41,700 bases of DNA from Verrucomicrobiota bacterium (GTDB lineage Bacteria > Verrucomicrobiota > Verrucomicrobiia > Limisphaerales > SIBH01), in the NCBI GenBank assembly GCA_038208765.1, contig JBBQYK010000002.1:1-41700 (forward strand), in the 5' to 3' direction. Below, piece by piece: positions 8,227 through 18,701 of this stretch. Position numbers and translations under genes: made by a program. Within the stretch, counting starts at the first letter, position 1; each line of letters starts with the position of its first letter. The notes under the pieces are model-generated. The model searched no databases, had not been told where the DNA came from, and worked only from the letters and a program-made list of their open reading frames with translations.

Positions 8227-9773
8227 TTCTTCGCCGCCACGGCCTTCGGCTTCGTTACCATGTCCCAGTCATCCGTGCGGAAGGGCGTCGCGGGCAGGCC
8301 GTCCTTGTTCCAGAGATTCACCACCGGGAAATCCGACCAGCCGTAGCGCACCGCCGCCGGCTTCTCGACGCTCGGGCTGCTCACCACCACCTTGTCGCCT
8401 TCAATCTTCGCCGTGGCCCAGACGAACTTCTTGTCCGCGCCCGCGATGGCAAATCCTGTCAGCTCACCCCCGCGCGCTTCCAGTCCGCCGCCCACGCTCT
8501 TGAAACTCAGCACCGCCTGCCCCTCCTTGAACTTCACCCCGCGATACTCCGGTCCGTTCGCCACGATCTTCTCCCCATAAGCAATCTCCCGCGCCAGCAG
8601 CGCGAGCCGTGCGCCCACCGGCTGCTTCTTCGACGGGTGAATGTCGTCCTTGTCGCCCACATCCGTGATGACGGCCATGCCCACCTTCTTCAGATTCTTC
8701 GTCGCCAGCAGTTGCGCCTCGCGCAGTTCCGCCCAATCGCTCTCGACCGGCGTCGCGGTGATCTCGGCCACCGACCGCTTCTTGCCCTTGTCGAAGGACG
8801 CGAGCTGCACTTCGAGGAAGGTGAAGTCGTGGTCCCAGTCCGCGCGCCAGTTGCGAATCATGTCCGCGAACAGCCGGCGATACTGCCACGCGCGGCCGGC
8901 GTTCGACTCGCCCTGATACCAAATCGCCCCCTGCACCGCGTAAGGAATGATGTTGGCAATCATCCCGTTGTAGAGTTCGGCCGGTTTCCACGGCGACGGC
9001 TTGCGCGCGTTAAAAGTTTTCCCCTCCGCCTTCGCGGCGTCGCGTTGCTTCTCCCAGTTGGCGATCTGCGCGGGGAGCTTCGCGTTGTCCGCCGCGTATT
9101 TGTCGAGAATGTCCTTCTTGTATTCCGCATTGGCCGCCAGCACTTCTTCGCTCATCCACACCTCCGCCGGCGAGCCGCCCCACGATGTGTGAATGATCCC
9201 CACCGGCACGCCCAGCGCCTTCTGCAAATCCCGCGCGAAATAATACGCCACCGCCGAGAAGCCCGGCACCGACTCCGGCCCGCACTCCACCCATTTGCCG
9301 TTCACGTTGTTCGTGGGCGCGTCCAGCTTCAGCTTCGGCACGGTGAAGAGGCGGATGTTCGCGTTCGCCGAGGTCGTGATGTCATTCGTCGAGTTGAAGC
9401 TGCTGCGCATGGCCCACTCCATGTTCGACTGGCCGCTGGCGATCCAGACTTCGCCCACCACCACGTCCTCGCGCTGGATCAAGGTGCTCTTGCCGTCGCG
9501 CGTCGCCGTCACCTTCAACGCGCCCGCTGGGCCCGGCTTCAAGTTCTTCAACTTCGCCAGCCACTGCCCGTTCTTCACCGTCACCGTGTCCTTTTTGCCG
9601 GCGAATTCCACGGTGACCTTGTCGCCGTCATCGCCCCAGCCCCAGATGGGGACGGTGGCGTGCTGCTGGAGGACCATGTGGTCGGTGAAGAGGTTGTGCA
9701 GGCGCAATTCGGCCTGGGAGCAGAGGGCGCTGCCCAACACGAGCAACGCGACGAACAGAGTGCGTGGAATCAT
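8223..9773 (-). CDS. sialate O-acetylesterase (SASA/DUF303 family)
   Basis: Signal peptide. LFTDHMVLQQ...PIWGWG...VTV and the catalytic block GEVWIASGQSNMEWAM are typical of sialic-acid 9-O-acetylesterases. Confidence 0.85.
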   Translation of the reverse strand: MIPRTLFVALLVLGSALCSQAELRLHNLFTDHMVLQQHATVPIWGWGDDGDKVTVEFAGKKDTVTVKNGQWLAKLKNLKPGPAGALKVTATRDGKSTLIQREDVVVGEVWIASGQSNMEWAMRSSFNSTNDITTSANANIRLFTVPKLKLDAPTNNVNGKWVECGPESVPGFSAVAYYFARDLQKALGVPVGIIHTSWGGSPAEVWMSEEVLAANAEYKKDILDKYAADNAKLPAQIANWEKQRDAAKAEGKTFNARKPSPWKPAELYNGMIANIIPYAVQGAIWYQGESNAGRAWQYRRLFADMIRNWRADWDHDFTFLEVQLASFDKGKKRSVAEITATPVESDWAELREAQLLATKNLKKVGMAVITDVGDKDDIHPSKKQPVGARLALLAREIAYGEKIVANGPEYRGVKFKEGQAVLSFKSVGGGLEARGGELTGFAIAGADKKFVWATAKIEGDKVVVSSPSVEKPAAVRYGWSDFPVVNLWNKDGLPATPFRTDDWDMVTKPKAVAAKK

Positions 9774-9983
9774 CCCGAGAGTCAGGAGGATTTGCGGCGA
9801 GGCGTCAAGGCTGGGGGTGGGAAGGCGGGGCCCTCATCCAAATCCTCCTCGTAATCATCTTCCGCTTGTTTCGGCGACCAAGATTACGACGAAGATGAAG
9901 ATGAGGACACGGCCGTCGCATGGATCCCGCCCCCCCGGTCTTTGCCCCATTGCAATCGAATTTCGGATACCTACCATCGCGTC

Positions 9984-10367
9984 ATGAAACTACTTTTTCT
10001 GCTGATCGCCAGTGTGAGTTTGCTGATGGTGGGCTGTCACACGGACACTGTGGCTCCGACCACGGCCGGCTCCTCGGAACTCAACGCGCGGCTTGATGCC
10101 GCCAAGGCCATGACGACGAACGCCGACCGCGATGAAACATTGTCCATCGTGGCGCGGGATGCGGCCAAAGCCGGTGACGTGGAGGTGGCCAAGGGGGCGT
10201 TGGGCGCGATTACTTTTTCGGGCGCAAAAGATGAGACGGCGGCGGACTGCGCGCAGCAATTCGCATCGGCCGGGAGGTCTGCGGCCGCCAATGAGGTGGC
10301 GCAAATGATCACTTCCACCAGCGTCCGCGACGGAACTTTGAAAAAACTCGCGACGAGGGCGCAATGA
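9984..10367 (+). CDS. hypothetical lipoprotein
   Basis: Trimmed to the ATG at 9984. MKLLFLLIASVSLLMVGC has a lipobox. The Ala-rich helical remainder has no recognisable domain. Confidence 0.5.
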   Translation: MKLLFLLIASVSLLMVGCHTDTVAPTTAGSSELNARLDAAKAMTTNADRDETLSIVARDAAKAGDVEVAKGALGAITFSGAKDETAADCAQQFASAGRSAAANEVAQMITSTSVRDGTLKKLATRAQ

Positions 10368-10429
10368 AAGGAAGGGCCACGGGCTTCCCGCTTCCTTGAC
10401 CCGTAAAATCTTCTTAATCGCCCCCGCCG

Positions 10430-10458
10430 TTGACGTTGACGGCGCGGGTTCCTTAATT
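10430..10458 (+). promoter_or_regulatory. candidate sigma70-like promoter of sdhCAB (TTGACG-17-TTAATT)
   Basis: TTGACG at 10430-10435 (tandem TTGACGTTGACG), a 17-nt spacer, TTAATT at 10453-10458, about 30 nt before the sdhC ATG. Pattern match only. Confidence 0.25.
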
Positions 10459-10489
10459 TCCCCGGCGTTCGCCGCTCTCGGCAGACGCC

Positions 10490-11272
10490 ATGAATCTTTT
10501 TTTACGAATCTGGAGTTCAACGCTCGGCAAGAAATACATCATGGCCCTCACCGGGGCCGCGCTGCTGGTCTTCGTCGTCGGGCATCTCATCGGCAACCTG
10601 CAAGTGTTCGGACCGCCGGAACTCATCAACACCTACGCTCACTTCCTGAAGTCGAAGCCCGGCCTGCTCTGGGGAGCGCGCCTCGGCCTGCTCGCGATGG
10701 TCGCGCTGCACATCGCGGCGGCGGTGACGCTCTCGGCGGCGAACCAGGCGGCGCGGCCTGAACCCTACGCGGGCAAGTCGGCGTATGGCTCCACGGTGCA
10801 ATCGCGCTACATGCTGGTCAGCGGCTTGGTCATCGCGGCGTTCGTCGTCTATCACCTCGCGCACTTCACCGCGCTGCTGCCGGGCATCAATGGCGTCGGG
10901 GATTTCCGCAGGCTGACCACGGTGCTGCACGGCGAGACGGTGCCGGATGTTTACGCGATGATGGTGCTGGGCTTCCAGGTCTGGTGGGTCGTGCTGTTCT
11001 ACCTCGTCGCCCAAGCGTTGCTGTTCATGCACTTGAGCCACGGGGTCGCTTCGATGTTTCAATCTCTCGGCTTTCGCAATCACGTTTGGTGGCCGCGCAT
11101 TCAACTGCTCGCCAAGGTGGCCAGTCTCGCGATTTTTATCGGTTACGCGGCGATTGCCGTCGGACTTTTTATGCGAGTCGGAATTGATCCTGATTACGTG
11201 AAGAACAAGCAACGTGAGGCGCAGTCCGCCGCAGTTTCCGCCTCTGCGGTGGCGGGAAAGGAGGCCAAGTAA
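10490..11272 (+). CDS. sdhC: succinate dehydrogenase/fumarate reductase cytochrome b subunit (b558 type)
   Basis: [30 protein letters not shown]-terminus. Five hydrophobic spans with conserved His residues. Lies directly upstream of sdhA. Confidence 0.85.
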   Translation: MNLFLRIWSSTLGKKYIMALTGAALLVFVVGHLIGNLQVFGPPELINTYAHFLKSKPGLLWGARLGLLAMVALHIAAAVTLSAANQAARPEPYAGKSAYGSTVQSRYMLVSGLVIAAFVVYHLAHFTALLPGINGVGDFRRLTTVLHGETVPDVYAMMVLGFQVWWVVLFYLVAQALLFMHLSHGVASMFQSLGFRNHVWWPRIQLLAKVASLAIFIGYAAIAVGLFMRVGIDPDYVKNKQREAQSAAVSASAVAGKEAK

Positions 11273-11273
11273 C

Positions 11274-13235
11274 ATGACTACGCTGAATTCCAACATCCCC
11301 GCCGGACCGCTCGCCTCGAAGTGGGAGAAGCACAAGTTCTCCACCAAGCTCATCAACCCGGCCAACAAGCGGAAATACAAAATCATCGTCGTGGGCGCGG
11401 GACTCGCGGGCGCGTCGGCTTCGGCCACGCTCGCGGAACTGGGCTTCGAGGTTCACAATTTTGTCTTCCACGATTCGCCCCGGCGCGCGCACTCGGTTGC
11501 GGCGCAGGGCGGCATCAATGCGGCGAAGAATTACCAGAACGACGGCGACTCGGTGCATCGCCTCTTCTACGACACGATCAAGGGCGGCGACTTCCGCGCC
11601 CGCGAAGCGAACGTGCATCGTCTCGCGGAAGTGTCGGTCAACATCATCGATCAATGCGCGGCGCAAGGTGTCCCGTTCGCGCGCGAGTATGGCGGACTGC
11701 TCGACAACCGCTCGTTCGGCGGCGCGCAGGTGAGCCGCACGTTTTACGCGCGCGGCCAGACGGGACAGCAGCTCCTGCTCGGCGCGTATTCTGCGCTCTG
11801 CAAGATGATCGGCAACGGCGGGGTGAAGTCGTACACGCACGCTGAGATGCTCGACCTCGTGGTCGTGGACGGACATGCGAAGGGCATCATCGTCCGCAAT
11901 CTTCAGACCGGCGAAATCACCCGCCACAATGGCGACGCCGTGGTGCTGGCGACCGGCGGTTACGGCAATGTCTATAACCTCTCGACCTACGCACGCGGCG
12001 CGAACGTCACGGCGAGTTGGCGCGCCTACAAGCGCGGCGCGTGCTTTGCCAATCCGTGCTACACGCAGATTCATCCGACGTGCATCCCGGTCAGTGGCGA
12101 TTACCAGTCGAAGCTCACGTTGATGTCTGAGTCTCTCCGCAATGATGGCCGCGTCTGGGTGCCGAAGAAGAAAGAGGATTGCGGCAAGAAACCGGCGGAC
12201 ATCGCTGAAGGCGACCGCGATTATTATCTGGAACGGATGTATTCCGCCTTCGGCAATCTCGCTCCGCGCGACATCGCCAGCCGCGCCGCGAAGACGGTTT
12301 GCGACGAGGGCCGTGGCGTCGGCGAGACCGGCCTGGGCGTATATCTCGATTTCTCGGCGGCCATCGCGCGGCTTGGCGAGGCCAAAGTGCGCGAGCGCTA
12401 CGGCAACCTCTTCGCGATGTATCACGAGATCACGAACGAGAGCGCCTACCAGACGCCGATGCGCATTTATCCCGCCGTGCATTACACGATGGGCGGCTTG
12501 TGGGTGGACTACAATTTGATGAGCAACGTCCCCGGCCTCTTCGTGCTCGGCGAAGCGAACTTCTCCGACCACGGCGCGAACCGTCTGGGCGCGAGCGCGC
12601 TGATGCAGGGTTTGAGCGACGGCTACTTCGTGCTACCCGCGACCATTTCCGGCTATCTCGCCGGACAGAATCCCGGCAAACGCCCCGCGACGGACCACGC
12701 GGCGTTCACGCAAGCCGAGGAAAATGTTCAGACGATGACCAAGCGTTTGCTCGGCAACAAAGGCCAGCGCACGCCCGACAGTTTCCACAAAGAACTCGGC
12801 AAGCTGATGTGGGATCACTGCGGCATGGCGCGCAACAAGGCGGGCTTGGAGCAGGGCCTCAAGCTCATCAGCGAACTGCGCGAGGAATACTGGCGGAACG
12901 TCAGCGTGCTCGGCGAGTCCACCGACTGGAACCAGTCGCTCGAACGTGCCGGACGCATCGCGGACTTCATTGAGCTCGGCGAACTCATGTGCCGCGACGC
13001 GCTCATGCGCGAGGAAAGCTGCGGCGGTCATTTCCGCGAGGAATATCAATACACCCCGGACGACCCGGAAACGAAGCAAGGCCTCGTGAACCCCGGTGAC
13101 GTGAAGCGTCGCGACGATCAGTTCGCCTTCGTCGCTGGTTGGGAATACGCCGGCGCACCGGACAAGGCGCCGATCTTAAACAAGGAACCGCTTGTGTACG
13201 AGGAAGTCCACATGAGCACGCGCAGCTACAAGTGA
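11274..13235 (+). CDS. sdhA: succinate dehydrogenase/fumarate reductase flavoprotein subunit
   Basis: Trimmed to the ATG at 11274, 2 nt after the sdhC stop. FAD fold [13 protein letters not shown], covalent-FAD His region [15 protein letters not shown], and [10 protein letters not shown]. Confidence 0.93.
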   Translation: MTTLNSNIPAGPLASKWEKHKFSTKLINPANKRKYKIIVVGAGLAGASASATLAELGFEVHNFVFHDSPRRAHSVAAQGGINAAKNYQNDGDSVHRLFYDTIKGGDFRAREANVHRLAEVSVNIIDQCAAQGVPFAREYGGLLDNRSFGGAQVSRTFYARGQTGQQLLLGAYSALCKMIGNGGVKSYTHAEMLDLVVVDGHAKGIIVRNLQTGEITRHNGDAVVLATGGYGNVYNLSTYARGANVTASWRAYKRGACFANPCYTQIHPTCIPVSGDYQSKLTLMSESLRNDGRVWVPKKKEDCGKKPADIAEGDRDYYLERMYSAFGNLAPRDIASRAAKTVCDEGRGVGETGLGVYLDFSAAIARLGEAKVRERYGNLFAMYHEITNESAYQTPMRIYPAVHYTMGGLWVDYNLMSNVPGLFVLGEANFSDHGANRLGASALMQGLSDGYFVLPATISGYLAGQNPGKRPATDHAAFTQAEENVQTMTKRLLGNKGQRTPDSFHKELGKLMWDHCGMARNKAGLEQGLKLISELREEYWRNVSVLGESTDWNQSLERAGRIADFIELGELMCRDALMREESCGGHFREEYQYTPDDPETKQGLVNPGDVKRRDDQFAFVAGWEYAGAPDKAPILNKEPLVYEEVHMSTRSYK

Positions 13236-13249
13236 GGACGAAATGCACG

Positions 13250-13274
13250 GATCACAATTTGTGATCTGTACCCG
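13250..13274. repeat. palindrome-containing 25-mer GATCACAATTTGTGATCTGTACCCG (copy 1)
   Basis: Read directly. 7-bp arms GATCACA/TGTGATC around 3 nt. Lies 15 nt after the sdhA stop. Confidence 0.9.
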
Positions 13275-13334
13275 GATCAAGGCACGAACAGAACCCTTGA
13301 AAACAAAGCCGAAAACGATTGGAGCAATTGTTCA

Positions 13335-13359
13335 GATCACAAATTGTGATCTGTACCCG
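13335..13359. repeat. palindrome-containing 25-mer GATCACAAATTGTGATCTGTACCCG (copy 2)
   Basis: Identical to copy 1 except that the central 3 nt are inverted (AAT vs ATT). Ends 6 nt before the ORF6N GTG start. Confidence 0.9.
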
Positions 13360-13364
13360 CGCGC

Positions 13365-13939
13365 GTGAGCACCCGAAAAACAACCGGCCCGCTGAGGCGG
13401 GTGGCCATTCCCGAGGCGCGCGTCACGCGCATGATTGTGCTCGTGCGCGGCCAGAAGGTGCTGCTCGACCGCGATCTTGCCGTGCTCTACGGCGTGGACA
13501 CCCGGACGCTGAACCAGGCGGTCAAGCGTCACCGCAGCCGCTTCCCGGAAGATTTCATGATCGAACTGAGCCGGAAGGAAATTCACGGACTGGCTGAACT
13601 GGCCGGCGACGCGCAGTTGAAGAAAGTGCGGGCCGTGAACGCCTTCACCGAGCAGGGCGTGGCCATGCTCTCCGGTGTGCTCAACAGTCCGCGCGCCGTG
13701 CAGGTCAACATCGCCATCATGCGCGCCTTCGTGCAACTCCGGCAGTTGCTGAACACGCACGCTGACCTGGCGCGCAAGTTGGCCGCGCTGGAGAACAAGT
13801 ACGACAAGCAATTCAAAGAAATCTTCGAGGCCATCCGCGGATTGATGACCGCACCCCCGCCGCTGACCGGCGGCGAGATGGGCTTTCACACCTTGATGCG
13901 CGGCAAGGCGGCGAAGAAAATTTCACGCAAACGATCCTC

Positions 13940-13943
<4 letters not shown>
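13365..13943 (+). CDS. ORF6N-domain (KilA-N/Bro-N-related DNA-binding) protein
   Basis: [45 protein letters not shown] and [33 protein letters not shown] match the ORF6N family pattern. GTG at 13365 (alternative ATG at 13431). The stop overlaps the sdhB ATG (ATGA). Confidence 0.8.
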
Positions 13944-14713
<770 letters not shown>

Positions 14714-14870
14714 CCGCTTGCCCCGCATCTGCCCCGAAGGCGCGGCTGTTCTCTCTCGCCAAATTGGCGCGGTCCGGCGGCGGCTTATGGGACACCGGAA
14801 AACGAAACAGGTCGGTGATGAGAAGTGCCGGCTTGCTTCCCGCAGTGCCGTGTGCCAGGGTCGCTCCCCA

Positions 14871-17768
14871 ATGAAAAAGCTCCTCTTACAAATTCTAATG
14901 ACAGCCGCGTGCATCTCTGCCCACGCCGCGATTTCTGTCGTACCCGGCGGCAGTGTTCTCGAATCCTTTGCCGCGCGACCTGCGGCCACGGAATGGTCCA
15001 CCAAGTCCATTACCGGCGGAGACGCGCTGTTTGGCAGCGCGGCGAACGTGGACAACGCGGTGCAGACCAATGCCACGGCGGCGACGATCACGGCGCAGGC
15101 TTTGGACTCGGGGGTGACTGCCCCGCCAGCGCAGAATGCGCTGGCCGCGTGGACTGCCGGCGGTACGGCTTACCTGCAAACGCGAGCCACCGGGAACGGT
15201 GCGACGCTCTTGATGGCGACCCTGCAGAACGACACTGGAGTGGGAGCCACCGCCTTGGTGCTTACGTACACCCTGGCGCAATCTGCGGCCACTCCCACTG
15301 AGCAGGTTCCAGGACATCAGGTTTATGTCAGTCTCACCGGTGCGCTGGGCAGTTGGGTAAATGTTGCCCCTCTCTCCGGCGGAGCCGTTGGGGCCAAGAG
15401 CAATACGATTGCTTTGCCAGGAACGTGGGCGGCGGGTGCCACCCTGTATGTCCTGTGGGCGGATGACAATGCCACTGGAGGCACTGATCGCGGCCTTCAG
15501 ATCGATGACGTCCAGTTCACCGCTTCGGACGCGACCTTCCCGCTCTCCGTCACTTTAACCGCACCGACAAACAGTGTTTTGATCGCCCCCGCCACCGTGG
15601 CGGTCAGCGCGACCTCCAGCGGCACGGTGCCCGCAACGAGCGTATCTTTCTATACGAACGATGTGCTCTTCGCGACCGACACCACGGCTCCTTACTCTGA
15701 TACGCTCGTCAATTTGCCCAACGGCACCTATCGGGTTCATGCAGTGGCGGTGAACGGGGCTGAAACCGCCTACTCCGCTACCAACGTGGTGATCGTGCGC
15801 GGCGCGTTCATTGATTACGCCAGCGGCATTCACACGGAAAATTTCGACGGCATGACGGCGTCCGGCATCGTCACACCGCAGGGGTGGTGGGTGGGCGCGG
15901 CAGCGGCGGGCAGCGCGCAATTTGTGAGTGTGGGCGACGGCAGCGCCGGCCCCAGCGGCTCGGTGCATGGCTGGAACTACGGTCTGACCGGTGACGGCAA
16001 CCGCGCGCTCGGCACCGCCGCCACGGGCGGTGACCGCAACACGGTGGCCCGCATCCGCAACACCGGTTCAAGCAACATCGACAGCTTTAACCTCTTCTTC
16101 GACGCCGAACTGTGGCGCACGCACCAGACCAACACGCACGTTGAATACCTGACCAACTACGTCAGCTTCGACCTCGGCGCCACCTGGATTGCCACGACCT
16201 TTGACTTCCAATCCCCTCCCGACATCGCGAACTCGCCGGCCGCCACGGCTCTCGACGGCCATCAGGCCACGAACCGCGTCGCCGGTCTTGGCGGCTCGGT
16301 GGTGCCGCCCTCGCCCGTGCCGCCCGGCAGTGTCATCTATGTCCGTTGGCAGAACATCAACGACGCGGGCACCGACGGTGCCATCGCCATTGATAATGTC
16401 AGCTTCGAGGCCACGGCCTTCAGCCCGGCCGTGCATTTCGTGAACATCACCAGCCCCGCGCAGGGCGCGACCATCTCCGGCGGCTGCTCCGGCTCGACCA
16501 ACCTCACGGTCAACGCCACGGCGAGTTTCACCACCACGAACGTCGCCTTCTCGCTGGATGGCGGCGCAGCCATGAACGACAGCACGGCCCCGTACTCCGT
16601 CACGTTCCCCAGCGTCGGCCTCGGCTCGCATACCCTCACGGCCACGGCCACGGATTCCACCGGGGCCACGGCGGTCACGAATGTGACCTTCACCGTGCAG
16701 GCTAACACCAGCCCCAGCGTCCTCTACACGAATGTCTACAGCTCCGGCACCACGGGCTTGACCTTCCAAGTCGGTTTGGCCATCACCAACCAGTTCGGCA
16801 TCACCGACCCGGATGGCATCGCCAGCGTCGAGTTCTTCGTGAACGGCGTGCTGCACTACGCGACCAACTTCAACTTCGGCCAGATCATCGTGAACAACCT
16901 GCTCTTGGGCACGAACACCTTCACCGTGCGGGCCACCGACAACTGCGGCGCCGTCAATCAGGCCTCGCAGCTCGTCGTGGGCACCGCCCCCGCCGCGCCC
17001 ATCACCATCATCCTCACGAACGGCTCGCTCTGGAAATATGACAACACCGGAGCGCAGCCGCCGAACGATGGCGAAGGCGACATCTGGTCTTCCCCGGACT
17101 TCAATGACTCGGCCTGGCTCAGCGGCTACGCGGAAATCGGCGGCGGCGACGCCGTGGCCCCGCCCAACAACAACACCGAGCGCACGCCCATCAACATCGG
17201 GCCCGGCGGCGCACGCTTCAGCGCGATTTACTTCCGCAAAACCTTCACCGTCGTCGACCCATCGGCCTTCGCCGGTTTGATCGTGCGCGCCTTGTATGAC
17301 GATGGCGCGGCCGTCTATTTGAACGGCACCTTGGTCGCCGCGTTCAACACGACCAATCAGGTCGGCGTGCCCTTCGCCTATACCGACTTTGCGGCGGGCG
17401 CGACCCCGGACGACGGCACGCGCTATTACTCCTCAAACATCGTGAACACCCTCGTGGTGGGCGTGAACACGCTGGCGGTGGAAGTTCATCAGAGCGACAC
17501 CACGTCCTCTGACCTGAGCTTCGACCTCATGCTCTGGGGTGCCGCTCCGTCGGGCACCAGCCTGACCATCACCCCGATCAACGCGACGCAGGCCGACATT
17601 TCCTGGCCGCTTTCGACGCCCCCCACCGCCCTGCTCTACTCCACCACGGATTTGAATCCGCCGGTGGTCTGGACGTTGGAACTGGCCCCGGATGCTCCGT
17701 CGGGCGGCTTCCATCACGTCACCGTCAACACGACGGGCGCGATGAAATACTGGACGCTCCGCCAGTAA
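14871..17768 (+). CDS. large secreted protein with tandem Ig-like domains and a C-terminal beta-sandwich (carbohydrate-binding-like) module
   Basis: Trimmed to the ATG at 14871 (signal MKKLLLQILMTAACISAHA). Repeated ...TAPYSDTL / TAPYSVTF Ig-like units. C-terminal block WKYDNTG...WSSPDFNDSAW...YFRKTF...LYDDGAAVYLNG. Function unknown. Confidence 0.6.
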   Translation: MKKLLLQILMTAACISAHAAISVVPGGSVLESFAARPAATEWSTKSITGGDALFGSAANVDNAVQTNATAATITAQALDSGVTAPPAQNALAAWTAGGTAYLQTRATGNGATLLMATLQNDTGVGATALVLTYTLAQSAATPTEQVPGHQVYVSLTGALGSWVNVAPLSGGAVGAKSNTIALPGTWAAGATLYVLWADDNATGGTDRGLQIDDVQFTASDATFPLSVTLTAPTNSVLIAPATVAVSATSSGTVPATSVSFYTNDVLFATDTTAPYSDTLVNLPNGTYRVHAVAVNGAETAYSATNVVIVRGAFIDYASGIHTENFDGMTASGIVTPQGWWVGAAAAGSAQFVSVGDGSAGPSGSVHGWNYGLTGDGNRALGTAATGGDRNTVARIRNTGSSNIDSFNLFFDAELWRTHQTNTHVEYLTNYVSFDLGATWIATTFDFQSPPDIANSPAATALDGHQATNRVAGLGGSVVPPSPVPPGSVIYVRWQNINDAGTDGAIAIDNVSFEATAFSPAVHFVNITSPAQGATISGGCSGSTNLTVNATASFTTTNVAFSLDGGAAMNDSTAPYSVTFPSVGLGSHTLTATATDSTGATAVTNVTFTVQANTSPSVLYTNVYSSGTTGLTFQVGLAITNQFGITDPDGIASVEFFVNGVLHYATNFNFGQIIVNNLLLGTNTFTVRATDNCGAVNQASQLVVGTAPAAPITIILTNGSLWKYDNTGAQPPNDGEGDIWSSPDFNDSAWLSGYAEIGGGDAVAPPNNNTERTPINIGPGGARFSAIYFRKTFTVVDPSAFAGLIVRALYDDGAAVYLNGTLVAAFNTTNQVGVPFAYTDFAAGATPDDGTRYYSSNIVNTLVVGVNTLAVEVHQSDTTSSDLSFDLMLWGAAPSGTSLTITPINATQADISWPLSTPPTALLYSTTDLNPPVVWTLELAPDAPSGGFHHVTVNTTGAMKYWTLRQ

Positions 17769-17794
17769 CCGTTCGCAACTGTGCAAACTTCACT

Positions 17795-17830
17795 CCCCCG
17801 GTGGCGCAAGCTGCCGGGGGATTTTGTTTT
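17795..17830 (+). terminator. rho-independent terminator
   Basis: CCCCCGG(17795-17801)...CCGGGGG(17814-17820) followed by ATTTTGTTTT, 27 nt after the stop at 17768. Confidence 0.65.
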
Positions 17831-17889
17831 CTTCACGCCGTAGCCAATTCCATCCTTCCAATGCCCGCCACGCTTGCTAGAACAGCCGC

Positions 17890-18588
17890 ATGGCCTCCGA
17901 AGCAAGCAAGACGGATTTCAAGATTTGGGAAGCGGACAACGTCGTCTCGGCATCACTACCCCTTCCCGCACTCGTGGCACGGGTGCAGGCCGGCACGGTC
18001 AAGGCCGGCACCTGGATTTTCTCCGAGCAGCACGACGCCTGGGCCAAGGCTGTCCACACGGCGGAACTGCAAATGTTCTACCACCGCACGCCGCACGCCG
18101 CGGCCAGCGCCAAGTCCAGTTCCAACATTCCGCCCGAGGCGTTGCGCCGCGTGAAAATTCTCGCCGAGATGAGTGACGAGGACCTCGCGCGCTTCCTCAC
18201 CTTCATGGAAGTCCACACGGCCCGTCAGTGGTCGTCCATCGTGAAGCAGGGCGAGCGCGGCGATTCCATGTTCCTCGTGCTGGATGGTGAAGTGCGCGTG
18301 CGCCTGCTCATCGACAACAAGGAGACCACGCTCGTCACTTTGGCGTCCGGAGATTTCTTCGGTGAAGTGTCGCTCTTCGATCAAGGCCCGCGCTCGGCGG
18401 ACGTGATTGCCAACACCGACGCCGTGCTGCTGAAAATTTCCCACAAGGCGTTTGCCAACCTCAGCCAGACCGCGCCCGAACTGGCCGCGCCCATTCTCAT
18501 CGGCATCGGCAGGACGCTCACCGCCCGGATTCGCGCCGACAACAAACGCCTGCGCGACACCCTCGTGCTGGCGCGAGCGGCGCACTGA
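17890..18588 (+). CDS. cyclic-nucleotide-binding domain protein with a GYF_2-like N-terminal domain
   Basis: The C-terminal cNMP-binding fold includes GDSMFLVLDGEV and FFGEVSLFDQGPRSADVIA. The N-terminal roughly 70 aa (W..D...S..L....V..G......W.F) resembles GYF_2/DUF4339; that assignment is weak. Confidence 0.78.
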   Translation: MASEASKTDFKIWEADNVVSASLPLPALVARVQAGTVKAGTWIFSEQHDAWAKAVHTAELQMFYHRTPHAAASAKSSSNIPPEALRRVKILAEMSDEDLARFLTFMEVHTARQWSSIVKQGERGDSMFLVLDGEVRVRLLIDNKETTLVTLASGDFFGEVSLFDQGPRSADVIANTDAVLLKISHKAFANLSQTAPELAAPILIGIGRTLTARIRADNKRLRDTLVLARAAH

Positions 18589-18600
18589 GGTGGGGGAAAT

Positions 18601-18686
18601 AATCAGTCATCAGTGAAACAGTAATCAGTAAGTCAGTGATCAATTAATCAGCGCCTTCCCGATTACTGACTCACTGATGACTGGTT
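18601..18686. terminator. AT-rich long imperfect hairpin between convergent genes (candidate bidirectional terminator)
   Basis: AATCAGTCATCAGTGA(18601-18616) pairs with TCACTGATGACTGGTT(18671-18686) at 15/16. CAGTAATC(18619-18626) pairs with GATTACTG(18661-18668). No clean U-tract. Confidence 0.4.
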
Positions 18687-18701
18687 ACTTTCCCTCTTCC
18701 T

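Noticed and set aside
8154-9854. 566-aa ORF on the plus strand
   Set aside because: It is antisense to the sialate O-acetylesterase gene. It is Arg/Leu/His-rich with no recognisable domain.
11169-12572. 467-aa ORF on the minus strand. The same applies to other ORFs of 100-300 aa overlapping sdhC, sdhA and sdhB, and to 3075-3995 and 4050-4811 overlapping rplI, ssb, rpsF and pth.
   Set aside because: All lie antisense to, or out of frame with, confidently recognised genes. They are treated as GC-driven spurious ORFs.
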